Source of the DNA: Neisseriales bacterium
GTDB taxonomy: Bacteria; Pseudomonadota; Gammaproteobacteria; Burkholderiales; Q3-R57-64
Assembly (NCBI GenBank): GCA_016699915.1
Contig: CP064990.1
Coordinates: 644,456 to 708,455, forward strand
Reading direction: 5' to 3'
DNA: 64,000 nt
How positions within the stretch are numbered: position 1 is the first letter of the stretch; each line of letters begins with the position of its first letter. The translations under genes were made by a program, and so were the position numbers. Under the pieces are notes generated by a model, which saw only the letters and a list, made by a program, of their open reading frames with translations, had not been told where the DNA came from and searched no databases. Below are positions 10,872 to 21,223 of this stretch, in pieces.

Positions 10872-12023
10872 TCAACATGGTAAACTCATACAATCGGAAT
10901 GATGTTTTTCGAAAGTACGCATATATCGCAACTCGTCAATTGGTACTTTGATGAGTGCTGCGGCTTTATTTTCATCAATATAGCCCTCGCCCAAAGCACG
11001 AAACACTAATTGCTCAAAAAACTGCGTTGTCTCTACGGGATACGCATCGCCAGGCTCTTGAATATGCCAACCATTGATTTTAAATTGACGTAATTGTCTA
11101 TTAAATGCACTAACAGGCAAAATCTCTAAAGCTTTGGCTCGATATAAAGTCGCCATCATACTGATACCAAATTTTTTCTTAATTAGCATCAGTTCACTTA
11201 ATTCAATATGTTTGCGATAAGTACCTAGTATTTGTTTGGCTGGCTGGCTCGGTAGCAAAAAAGCACCCGCAAAATAGTGGCATGCTAATTCCTCATCCAC
11301 GGCAGGATCCAATCGATTAGCTAATATAAGGTGACCCAATTCATAGGCTAACGTGAAACGCTGGTGGTCACCAGGCCAATTGCGATCAACCACAATAATA
11401 GGCGTTTGGCCAATCCAAGCAGTTAAACCATCAAATTTCTTATAACTTGTTTCGTCCATATGAGTGGTTATCACTCGAATGCCATGGCTTTCTAAGATAT
11501 CAACAAAGTGCATAATATCAACTAAACCCAATGCCCAATATTGGCGAATTTTATAGGTAACTTGCTCAATATCACGCAATGCAGTAATGCGTTTAGGCAA
11601 ACGAAGTGGCAAACTAAAAGGGATAATGGGAACCGATGGAAAGAGGCGCTCTAAATCAATACGTTCTTCAACTTGACTAATAATATCCCATTGAATTGCT
11701 TCTAATCGTTTCTTCGAAAGACGGTAGCGGGTACGATATTTCACTGCTTGCAAAGTAATTTTTTGAGGCAAAAAGAAATAGGTGGGACATACACCCAATG
11801 CATCGGCTAGCTTTGCGACGACTGAAGAAGAAGGATTAACTCCTTCGTCTTCGTAACGTTTGATCGCAGCATGCGTCAAACCAATACGATTACCCAATGC
11901 ACGCAAAGAAAAACCAGCAGACTTTCTAGCACGTCGTAACCGCCACCCTACAACTGCCCCACCCCATTTTTGATCTCTCTCAAAAAGCTCTTGTTGAGAA
12001 ACCCGGTACATTGTATATATCAC
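10872..12023 (-). CDS. XRE-family HTH regulator fused to an ImmA/IrrE-type (COG2856) metallopeptidase-like domain
   Basis: N-terminal HTH (LRRARKSAGFSLRALGNRIGLTHAAIKRYE). The peptidase core reads RFTLAYELGHLIL...FAGAFLLP. The first zinc ligand of HExxH is Tyr here. Confidence 0.75.
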   Translation of the reverse strand: MIYTMYRVSQQELFERDQKWGGAVVGWRLRRARKSAGFSLRALGNRIGLTHAAIKRYEDEGVNPSSSVVAKLADALGVCPTYFFLPQKITLQAVKYRTRYRLSKKRLEAIQWDIISQVEERIDLERLFPSVPIIPFSLPLRLPKRITALRDIEQVTYKIRQYWALGLVDIMHFVDILESHGIRVITTHMDETSYKKFDGLTAWIGQTPIIVVDRNWPGDHQRFTLAYELGHLILANRLDPAVDEELACHYFAGAFLLPSQPAKQILGTYRKHIELSELMLIKKKFGISMMATLYRAKALEILPVSAFNRQLRQFKINGWHIQEPGDAYPVETTQFFEQLVFRALGEGYIDENKAAALIKVPIDELRYMRTFEKHHSDCMSLPC

Positions 12024-12038
12024 CCCAAAACGATCATC

Positions 12039-12062
12039 CTGACTTTATTATCGTAAAGTCAG
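12039..12062 (-). terminator. Hairpin downstream of the tRNA-Leu/Cys/Gly cluster (possible terminator)
   Basis: CTGACTTTA (12039-12047) pairs with TAAAGTCAG (12054-12062) around a 6-nt loop. The stem is AT-rich and only a weak T-run follows on the minus strand. Confidence 0.3.
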
Positions 12063-12103
12063 TCACTCATCCTTACATCAGCATTACACTACATACAAAA
12101 AGA

Positions 12104-12191
12104 TGGTGCCCGAGACCAGAATCGAACTGGTACGACTTTTTAAGTCGACGGATTTTAAGTCCGTTGTGTCTACCTGTTCCACCACTCGGGC
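12104..12191 (-). tRNA. tRNA-Leu (anticodon UAA)
   Basis: The reverse complement reads GCCCGAGTGGTGGAACAGGTAGACACAACGGACTTAAAATCCG...long variable arm...GGTTCGATTCTGGTCTCGGGCACCA. The acceptor stem pairs and CCA is encoded. Confidence 0.9.
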
Positions 12192-12221
12192 TACTCATCA
12201 ACTGCATGATCTACCCATAAC

Positions 12222-12295
12222 TGGAGGCGGGAGTCGGAATCGAACCGGCGTAGACGGCTTTGCAGGCCGCTGCATAACCACTTTGCTACCCCGCC
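12222..12295 (-). tRNA. tRNA-Cys (anticodon GCA)
   Basis: The reverse complement reads GGCGGGGTAGCAAAGTGGTTATGCAGCGGCCTGCAAAGCCGTCTACGCCGGTTCGATTCCGACTCCCGCCTCCA. Confidence 0.9.
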
Positions 12296-12337
12296 ATTTT
12301 ATCGTGACGCTTTAAGTGCATGACTATATGCGGGAAA

Positions 12338-12413
12338 TGGAGCGGGAAACGAGTCTCGAACTCGCGACCTCAACCTTGGCAAGGTTGCGCTCTACCAACT
12401 GAGCTATTCCCGC
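12338..12413 (-). tRNA. tRNA-Gly (anticodon GCC)
   Basis: The reverse complement reads GCGGGAATAGCTCAGTTGGTAGAGCGCAACCTTGCCAAGGTTGAGGTCGCGAGTTCGAGACTCGTTTCCCGCTCCA. Confidence 0.92.
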
Positions 12414-12474
12414 ACAAACTCCAATCATCTTTGATTATAAAGCCTTATATAACACTGTCAACTATTGAAATAGA

Positions 12475-13050
12475 CTATTTAACTTGATCAAACGATTCAC
12501 GAATAGCAATATTTAAATAAAATAACATTGACCCTATCGTGAGCAAAACAGCAATCCACATCAAAATATTACCTAACAACAGCGTTGGAACAAATGGAAG
12601 AAGCGGATTCGCCCAAAGGAGTACTACTATAGCTGTAATCTGCATCGCTGTTTTAAATTTGCCGATCCAATGCACAGCAACGCTTTTTTGTTGTCCGATT
12701 TGCGCCATCCATTCTCTTAACGCGGATACTGCAATTTCCCGACTGATAATAATCATCGCCAACACTGCAGGCATTCGCCCAAAATCAACCAATAAGGTTA
12801 ACGCTACGACAATCATACATTTATCTGCTACCGGGTCTAAAAAGGCTCCAAATGCTGAAGATTGTCCTAATTTACGCGCCAAAAAACCGTCCAACCAGTC
12901 GGTGAATCCAGCAACACCAAATAGCAGCACGCTGATACCATTTTTTGTTGCTTCCAGCAATAATGTGTCAGGTATATAGAATATCGCAACAAATGCAGGT
13001 AATAGCGCAATGCGTAGCCAAGTTAATATATTGGGAATGCTCAACAACAT
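12475..13050 (-). CDS. pgsA: CDP-diacylglycerol--glycerol-3-phosphate 3-phosphatidyltransferase
   Basis: CDP-alcohol phosphatidyltransferase motif DWLDGFLAR...GAFLDPVADK. 191 aa and multi-TM. Confidence 0.92.
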   Translation of the reverse strand: MLLSIPNILTWLRIALLPAFVAIFYIPDTLLLEATKNGISVLLFGVAGFTDWLDGFLARKLGQSSAFGAFLDPVADKCMIVVALTLLVDFGRMPAVLAMIIISREIAVSALREWMAQIGQQKSVAVHWIGKFKTAMQITAIVVLLWANPLLPFVPTLLLGNILMWIAVLLTIGSMLFYLNIAIRESFDQVK

Positions 13051-13109
13051 AGTATTAGCTCATGAATGTTAATTTCAAGATAAGCAAGTCTATCTTAATT
13101 TCGTTGCAC

Positions 13110-14936
13110 TTACTCATGTAAAGCTTGATAAATTTTTTCAGCCAGAGCATGACCAATTTGATTGATTTGTGCAATATCTTCAACGCTCGCCGCTGTAACA
13201 CCTTTGAGTCCTTCAAAATGAGTGAGCAATAATTGCCTGCGTTTTGGACCAATACCCACTATATTTTCTAGGCAAGAAGTACGTCTTGCCATTGCACGAC
13301 GGCGACGGTGAGCACCCACTGCAAATCGGTGCGCTTCATCACGAATCAATTGAAGTAGTAAAAAACCTAAGTGATCCGCTGGCAACTGTACTGTTTGGCA
13401 ACGATAGGACAAAATAAGCCGTTCTTTACCCACTTCTCTGTTTTCAGCTTTAGCAATACCGATCACGGGCAACTTCAACGATAATGCTTGCAATACTTCA
13501 AGAGCAACAGCAACTTGACCTTGCCCACCATCGATAAGTATGGCGTCTGGGTATGATGTATTCTCTTGAATGGGTCGCGCATAGCGCCTCTGTAATACTT
13601 CCCGCATTGCTCCATAATCATCTCCAGACTTGGCGTTACAAATACGATAAGAGCGGTATTCGGATCGCTGCATTTGTCGGCGATCATACACAACGCAAGA
13701 AGCCATCGTTGCTTCGCCTTGTGTATGACTCACATCAAAACATTCGATACGCTCAAGTGGGTATATCCCCAGGATCGCTTGCAACGCATCATGCTTTGCC
13801 TGTGCAGTAGCAGTATGTTGCTGCTTTTGTGTCAAAGCTAATCGGATATTCTTTTCAGCCATTTGCAACCAAACTAATTTTTCTCCCCTTGGGCGAGAAA
13901 TAAATAAGCAATGTTTATTAACATCTTGGATCAGGTAGTCTTGCAAACAATTGCTTGGCGCATAACGAAGCACCACTTTATCCGGTAAGGGGTAACGGGT
14001 ATAGTGTTGCATTAAAAATACCTCCGTCACAGTACGCTCATCAACCATGTTAGCGTGAAGTGGAAAAAAATTTTTATCGCCTAAGTGATTTCCATTACGG
14101 ATCATCACTAGATTAATACCTGTCAATTGGCCTTCTGATGCAACGGCAATAACATCCACCTGGCTCACTACATTGTGGCTTGATATAAACTGCTTGGCTT
14201 GGATTGTGGTTAGTGCTTGGATTTGATTACGCAATCTTGTTGCCTCCTCAAAAATCAATTGATTAGCAGCTAGATGCATACGTTTTGATAAATCGCTCAC
14301 CAATTTTTTTGTATGACCCGACAAAAATAGAGCGGCATCCCGCACAGCATGTTGGTAAGCTGAATGCGTAATCTTATTGGTACATGGTGCTGAGCAATAT
14401 TTAATTTGGTAAAGTAAACAAGGACGTGAACGATTTTTAAAAACGGTATCATGACAAGTCCGTAATTGGAAAACACGTTGCAAAACTTCCATACTGGTAC
14501 GTGCTGCTGTGCTGTGGGGAAAAGGCCCAAAATACTGATGGCACTTATTAGGCGTATCCCGGCAATAAGATAATTGCGGCCATTCATGGGAAGACAACCT
14601 CAGATAGGGGTAGCTTTTGTCGTCCCGAAATAAAATGTTATAACGCGGTAAAAGTGATTGAATCAACTGATACTCTAATAGTAGAGCTTCAGTCTCTGAT
14701 CTTGTTACCGTTGTATCAATCCCACCAACATGTTGCATCATGTGGCCGATACGAGGAGATAAGGTATGATATTGGAAGTAACTTTTAACGCGTCGCTTCA
14801 AATCGACAGCTTTGCCAACATAAAGTACCTTGCCTGCTTTGCTGAGCATTCGATATACACCAGGTAAATGCGGTAAGCTTTCAGCGTATTGCCTCAAGGG
14901 TAAAAGAGCACTTGGCAAACTATTTTTTGATTTCAA
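13110..14936 (-). CDS. uvrC: Excinuclease ABC subunit C
   Basis: GIY-YIG N-terminus (PGVYRMLSKAGKVLYVGKA), UvrBC domain and a C-terminal HhH. 608 aa. Confidence 0.95.
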   Translation of the reverse strand: MKSKNSLPSALLPLRQYAESLPHLPGVYRMLSKAGKVLYVGKAVDLKRRVKSYFQYHTLSPRIGHMMQHVGGIDTTVTRSETEALLLEYQLIQSLLPRYNILFRDDKSYPYLRLSSHEWPQLSYCRDTPNKCHQYFGPFPHSTAARTSMEVLQRVFQLRTCHDTVFKNRSRPCLLYQIKYCSAPCTNKITHSAYQHAVRDAALFLSGHTKKLVSDLSKRMHLAANQLIFEEATRLRNQIQALTTIQAKQFISSHNVVSQVDVIAVASEGQLTGINLVMIRNGNHLGDKNFFPLHANMVDERTVTEVFLMQHYTRYPLPDKVVLRYAPSNCLQDYLIQDVNKHCLFISRPRGEKLVWLQMAEKNIRLALTQKQQHTATAQAKHDALQAILGIYPLERIECFDVSHTQGEATMASCVVYDRRQMQRSEYRSYRICNAKSGDDYGAMREVLQRRYARPIQENTSYPDAILIDGGQGQVAVALEVLQALSLKLPVIGIAKAENREVGKERLILSYRCQTVQLPADHLGFLLLQLIRDEAHRFAVGAHRRRRAMARRTSCLENIVGIGPKRRQLLLTHFEGLKGVTAASVEDIAQINQIGHALAEKIYQALHE

Positions 14937-14954
14937 GGATCACGATCCAATTGA

Positions 14955-16484
<1,530 letters not shown>

Positions 16485-16487
16485 ATT

Positions 16488-16676
16488 ATGGCTATCAACA
16501 GACTTTACCGATCCGCTTACAGCAATTTTATTGACCGCTTTTTAGCAACACATGAGGCTGTACAAATTTCCCGTGCTACACTGCGTAAAACTTGGTGGCA
16601 AAATGAGTTGGATGAAGATACTGCTCGTCGCTTTAAAGCATCTTCTGTGCCTAAAAAATCTTACACATATGAATAA
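16488..16676 (+). CDS. Small hypothetical protein (62 aa)
   Basis: The ORF starts 3 nt after the guaB stop. I recognise no motif, so coding status is uncertain. Confidence 0.35.
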   Translation: MAINRLYRSAYSNFIDRFLATHEAVQISRATLRKTWWQNELDEDTARRFKASSVPKKSYTYE

Positions 16677-16705
16677 TTAATCACACTATTTAGGAATTAA
16701 AGGCA

Positions 16706-17230
16706 ATGAATTTATCGAATATTGGACCCGGTCAAGCAATACCTAATAACTTTAACGTTATTATCGAAATCAGCGCACACAGCGATCCTATTAAATATGA
16801 ATTGGACAAAGTAGGCGATATCATCGCCGTGGATCGCTTTTTAGGTACTGCTATGTCTTACCCTGCCAATTATGGATTTGTACCCCAAACACTATCTGAA
16901 GACGGCGACCCGGTTGATGTTTTAGTTGTATCTCCTTTTTCGCTCCCACCAGGTGTACTGATTCGCTGTCGTGCTTTGGGCATGCTAAAAATGGAGGATG
17001 AATCAGGGGTTGACGCAAAAATCATTGCCGTGCCAATTGAAAAAGTCTGCCCTATGTATCGTACCATCCAATCATTAGAAGATTTACCAGAATTATTGCG
17101 TAACCAAATTAAACATTTTTTTGAACACTACAAAGATCTCGAAAAAGGCAAATGGGTAAAAATACGAGGTTGGACAGATCTTGCCTCAGCACATCAAGAA
17201 CTCATAGATGGTATTGCACGATTTCAGTAG
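16706..17230 (+). CDS. ppa: Inorganic pyrophosphatase (family I)
   Basis: Contains KYELDK, YPANYGFVPQTLSEDGDPVDVLV and the DAKIIAV motif. Confidence 0.95.
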   Translation: MNLSNIGPGQAIPNNFNVIIEISAHSDPIKYELDKVGDIIAVDRFLGTAMSYPANYGFVPQTLSEDGDPVDVLVVSPFSLPPGVLIRCRALGMLKMEDESGVDAKIIAVPIEKVCPMYRTIQSLEDLPELLRNQIKHFFEHYKDLEKGKWVKIRGWTDLASAHQELIDGIARFQ

Positions 17231-17243
17231 TGCGGATGGATAT

Positions 17244-17262
17244 AACCTTGTTTGGCAAGGTT
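17244..17262. terminator. Hairpin between convergent ppa and pdxA (possible bidirectional terminator)
   Basis: AACCTTG-tttgg-CAAGGTT forms a 7-bp stem with A/T-rich flanks. It overlaps the pdxA stop codon. Confidence 0.35.
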
Positions 17263-18230
17263 TAACGGATCAACTGATGCACAAGCCGGATTGCCGATAA
17301 TAAACTTTCTGGCTTGGCGTTGCCAGTACCAGCTAGATTGAGTGCTGTACCATGATCAACTGAAGCACGAATAATCGGTAACCCGAGCGTCATATTTACG
17401 CTTTGACCAAAACGCAAGCTTTTTAAAATAGGCAGCCCTTGATCATGAAACATCATGAATATCGCATCTGCTTTGGCAAGTTTTGCTTGCTGATAAATCG
17501 TATCAGCAGGAAATGGGCCTTCTAAAAACATGCCTTGTTGCCGTAATTTGTGAACCACAGGCTCAATGATTTGTATTTCTTCTTGTCCCAAGAATCCTGA
17601 TTCTCCGGCATGTGGATTAAGACCTGCTATAAAAATATGTGGCGTAGGAAGATGAAAGGTATGGATAAGATCATGGTGCAATACTTTAATCATCGCTTCG
17701 AGTTGATCAAAAGTAATGGCATCTGGTACCTGCCGAAGTGGGATATGTGTTGTAGCAAGCGCTATACGCAAACGAAACGCAACAAACATCATCACAGGAT
17801 GCCGCACATGCAATTTGTTGGCAAAATATTCAGTGTGGCCACAAAATGTAATCCCTGCACGATTGATCAGGGCTTTGTGAACCGGACATGTTATGAGTGC
17901 TGCAAATTGATTTGCCATACAACCTGCTAACGCTGTATCAAGCAACCGCAAAACATAAGCAGCATTATTTTCATCTAACTGGCCCGCAATACAAGATTTA
18001 GTAAGTGGCACGTGGCAAATGAATATACGCCCTGCTTGGTGCGATTTGTTTTCTTGAAATTCATCCAAAGTCACCGCTAAACGTAACTGCGCTGCTCGTT
18101 CCTCTAATAAATCACGATCGCCAATTAATACAAGTGAACGGCGTGCTGAGCGTGATGCTGCATATAAAGCAATATCAGGACCAATGCCAGCAGGTTCACC
18201 CGTCGTAATAGCAACAATGGGATGATTCAT
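17262..18230 (-). CDS. pdxA: 4-hydroxythreonine-4-phosphate dehydrogenase
   Basis: IAITTGEPAGIGPDI, GHTEYF, NPHAGE and SVDHGTA motifs. Its start directly abuts the surA stop. Confidence 0.93.
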   Translation of the reverse strand: MNHPIVAITTGEPAGIGPDIALYAASRSARRSLVLIGDRDLLEERAAQLRLAVTLDEFQENKSHQAGRIFICHVPLTKSCIAGQLDENNAAYVLRLLDTALAGCMANQFAALITCPVHKALINRAGITFCGHTEYFANKLHVRHPVMMFVAFRLRIALATTHIPLRQVPDAITFDQLEAMIKVLHHDLIHTFHLPTPHIFIAGLNPHAGESGFLGQEEIQIIEPVVHKLRQQGMFLEGPFPADTIYQQAKLAKADAIFMMFHDQGLPILKSLRFGQSVNMTLGLPIIRASVDHGTALNLAGTGNAKPESLLSAIRLVHQLIR

Positions 18231-19547
18231 TCAATGCAATAACCGTTTTTCGATATAAGCAGAATGGCGCAATTGCTGCAGATAATCCGAAAACACTTCT
18301 TGAGCATTCTGCTGCATAAGTTGTTGGCGTACAATATTCTTAAGTATCGCATCCGTATCTGAGGCACGAATACCAAGTACTTTAATCACATGCCAACCGA
18401 ACTGCGTTTGTACAGGTTCACTGACTGTATTAAGTGGCAACCTCAAAAAAGCGTTTTCAAACGCTGTAGCTGTTTGACCTAACTCTACCCAACCAATATC
18501 TCCCCCTTTTGCGCGACTCGTATCCTCTGAATATTGTTCAGCTAACGTCGCAAAATCTTCTCCTTTATCAAGACGTGCTTTAATGCTTTTAATTTGATCC
18601 AAAGCCACTTTTGCGCTGTCTTGATCACTTACTTTAAGCAAAATATGCAAAATATGATATTGCTCAGATTGCTTTTGATCGATATGTAATGGTCGCATAC
18701 CATTTAGTTTGAAGACCGATAGACCATTTGGCACTGAAATCAAATCGGTGTAGTCCCCTGCCCTCAATGGGGTTATGATTTTGGCGAGCTGATCGGGTAA
18801 TTGGTAAGCAGCCTGCCAAGCAGGCTGATCAACTCGTAGCACGATATGGTTTTGAGCAAGCATCGCTGTGACTTCATCTATAGATTGGCCTGCCTTAAGC
18901 GACAAAAAAGCTTGCTCAACTTGTTGAATAGCTTGTTCTGAACGACTTTGGTCAAGTCCATCTGGAAATATAAAAGATATTTTTTCAATTGAATATTCAT
19001 TCAGAGAAAATTTAGTTGGATTTGTTTTGATCGCCTGGATAATATCACTATCTGTAATATGGATACGCTCATTAATCACCCGTTTTCGTAAAGCCTCAAT
19101 CACTATTTCGCGCTGAATCATTTGATACAGCTCTTGCTGCGTAGTCATTGGTTGTGTAGCAAGCAATTGACGCTCAAATTCCTCTAAAGTCATCTGATGC
19201 TGCTCTGCATTAGATTTAAGTAGATTTTTTGCGTCTTCTTGTGTGATACGCAATCCCAAATTCTGAGCCTCTTCCATGATGACGGCTTCATCAATCATCC
19301 TTTCTAAAATATAGTCACGCAGAACGTCATCAGCAGGCAATTTAGTATGTTGCGCAACAAGCTTAACTTTCGCAGCCTCTACACGTTTATTTAAGGCAAT
19401 AGAAGTAATTGCTGTTTTGCCAACAATGGCAACAATCTGATTGGTGTGGGCAGCTGAAACCATTAATAAAGTCGTTTCTTGATTCGCTACAGCAGCAGCG
19501 CTTAGCGCAATCCAACACACCATACTAATCAATTTGCTTAATTTCAT
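18231..19547 (-). CDS. surA: Periplasmic chaperone / peptidyl-prolyl isomerase SurA
   Basis: Signal peptide, a SurA N-domain and parvulin domains (HILHILLKV..., GGDIGWV, FGWHVIKV). Confidence 0.88.
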   Translation of the reverse strand: MKLSKLISMVCWIALSAAAVANQETTLLMVSAAHTNQIVAIVGKTAITSIALNKRVEAAKVKLVAQHTKLPADDVLRDYILERMIDEAVIMEEAQNLGLRITQEDAKNLLKSNAEQHQMTLEEFERQLLATQPMTTQQELYQMIQREIVIEALRKRVINERIHITDSDIIQAIKTNPTKFSLNEYSIEKISFIFPDGLDQSRSEQAIQQVEQAFLSLKAGQSIDEVTAMLAQNHIVLRVDQPAWQAAYQLPDQLAKIITPLRAGDYTDLISVPNGLSVFKLNGMRPLHIDQKQSEQYHILHILLKVSDQDSAKVALDQIKSIKARLDKGEDFATLAEQYSEDTSRAKGGDIGWVELGQTATAFENAFLRLPLNTVSEPVQTQFGWHVIKVLGIRASDTDAILKNIVRQQLMQQNAQEVFSDYLQQLRHSAYIEKRLLH

Positions 19548-19612
19548 GATGGTAACTCAATATACAATATCAATTTTTCAACCCAGTCATTCTAACAGCC
19601 TATAGGTTATTA

Positions 19613-20608
19613 TTGGACGATATGTTGCGACAAGCTCAATTAAAAGCATGGCTAGCTACTTACTATCCCGAACCCATTCACCTAGAATTTGCAGCAGCTG
19701 ACGCAGAATTTCGACGCTATTTTCGCTTATTTTTACCCGATGGTCATTGTTTTATTATCATGGATGCATTACCCCACAAAATGCATATCGCTTCTTATAT
19801 TCAAGTGCGCGAACAATTTTCTATGTTAAACGTGCCAAAAATTTTTCGCTTTAATCAAAAAAAAGGATTTATGGTGCTTGAAGATATGGGCGATACTACT
19901 TATTTAACAGCTTGCATGCACTCAACAGATCATGCTTATCATCAAGCCTTATTATTTGATGCTGTGGATGAATTAATCACCCTACAACAAGCCAGTCAGC
20001 CTAATTGTTTACCCATTTATCACGCTCTGTTACTGCGCAAAGAAGTGGAGGAGTTTATCGCCTGGTTTTGCCGCTACGAATTGCAACACCCATTTAATCC
20101 ACGACAAAAAGCCTGTTGGGATGCTTTTTTAGCCATACTACTTCCTGCATTAACACAACAACCGAAGGTATTCGTGCATCATGATTACATGGTGCGCAAC
20201 ATTATGTATACGGGCGCAAGACCAGGTATCTTAGATTTTCAAGATGCCGTATATGGTCCCATTACTTATGATATCGCTTCTTTATTAAAGGATGCCTTTA
20301 TTGAGTGGGATGAAACACTCATCCATAACGTAGCGCTGAGATATTGGACACAAGCACAAGCAGCACATTTACCTGTACCCAATATTTTTTCAGTCTTTTG
20401 TCAAACAGTAGATTGGATGAGTATTCAGCGCCACTTAAAAGTAATCGGTGTTTTTGCTAGGTTATATCACCGGGATGGCAAAAAACAATACTTACCAGAA
20501 ATTCGAAGGTTTCTAAACTACCTAGATCAAACTACGAGCCGTTATAAGGTATTTTGGCCATTTAATCAATTATTGCATGAATTAACCGATCACTATGTTG
20601 TCTCCTGA
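19613..20608 (+). CDS. Aminoglycoside-phosphotransferase-fold kinase, AmgK-like (anomeric MurNAc/GlcNAc kinase)
   Basis: APH-fold motifs (VFVHHDYMVRNIM, ILDFQDAV). It lies divergent from the surA operon, where amgK sits in other gammaproteobacteria. Confidence 0.65.
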   Translation: MDDMLRQAQLKAWLATYYPEPIHLEFAAADAEFRRYFRLFLPDGHCFIIMDALPHKMHIASYIQVREQFSMLNVPKIFRFNQKKGFMVLEDMGDTTYLTACMHSTDHAYHQALLFDAVDELITLQQASQPNCLPIYHALLLRKEVEEFIAWFCRYELQHPFNPRQKACWDAFLAILLPALTQQPKVFVHHDYMVRNIMYTGARPGILDFQDAVYGPITYDIASLLKDAFIEWDETLIHNVALRYWTQAQAAHLPVPNIFSVFCQTVDWMSIQRHLKVIGVFARLYHRDGKKQYLPEIRRFLNYLDQTTSRYKVFWPFNQLLHELTDHYVVS

Positions 20609-20630
20609 TCAAGTCAGATAGAATACCTGT

Positions 20631-21218
20631 ATGCAACCTGATGAATCTTCTTCCCTAACGCAATTGACTAAATCGCCTGCCTTGCCAGCGCAAACAAGAC
20701 GCGTATTGGGTATTGATCCAGGTAGCTGTATAACAGGGTTTGGCATCATTGATATCATAGGGCATCGCCACCAGTATGTCGCATCAGGTACGATTGCTAC
20801 TGCCTCGCATGCTGTGCTATCTGATCGCTTATTAACTATCCTTTCACATCTATTTGAGATTATTGACACCTACCAGCCTACCGAAGCGGCTGTTGAAAAA
20901 GTATTTGTCAATGTCAACCCTACAGCAACGTTGATGCTAGGGCAAGCAAGAGGAGCCTGTATCAGTGCTTTGGTATTACGGAAACTGCCCGTTACCGAAT
21001 ATACAGCGCTTCAAGTCAAGCAATCAGTCGTCGGCCACGGTAAAGCCGCCAAAGAACAAGTTCAACATATGGTCAAGCAGCTCTTAAAACTTGATGGCAT
21101 ACCACAGTCTGATGCAGCTGATGCTATCGCGGTTGCCTTGACACATGCCCATCATAGTTTTGCAAAACAAAACCCGCTACTTAAAGATAAGCAAATTAAA
21201 CATGGGCGTTTTATATAG
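20631..21218 (+). CDS. ruvC: Holliday junction resolvase RuvC
   Basis: [37 protein letters not shown] and [14 protein letters not shown]. About 24 aa of N-terminal extension precede the conserved core. Confidence 0.9.
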   Translation: MQPDESSSLTQLTKSPALPAQTRRVLGIDPGSCITGFGIIDIIGHRHQYVASGTIATASHAVLSDRLLTILSHLFEIIDTYQPTEAAVEKVFVNVNPTATLMLGQARGACISALVLRKLPVTEYTALQVKQSVVGHGKAAKEQVQHMVKQLLKLDGIPQSDAADAIAVALTHAHHSFAKQNPLLKDKQIKHGRFI

Positions 21219-21223
21219 TCACG

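Noticed and set aside
12011-12315. Two plus-strand ORFs (69 and 70 aa) across the tRNA-Leu/Cys region
   Set aside because: They are antisense to well-formed tRNA genes and are artefacts of GC-rich tRNA sequence.
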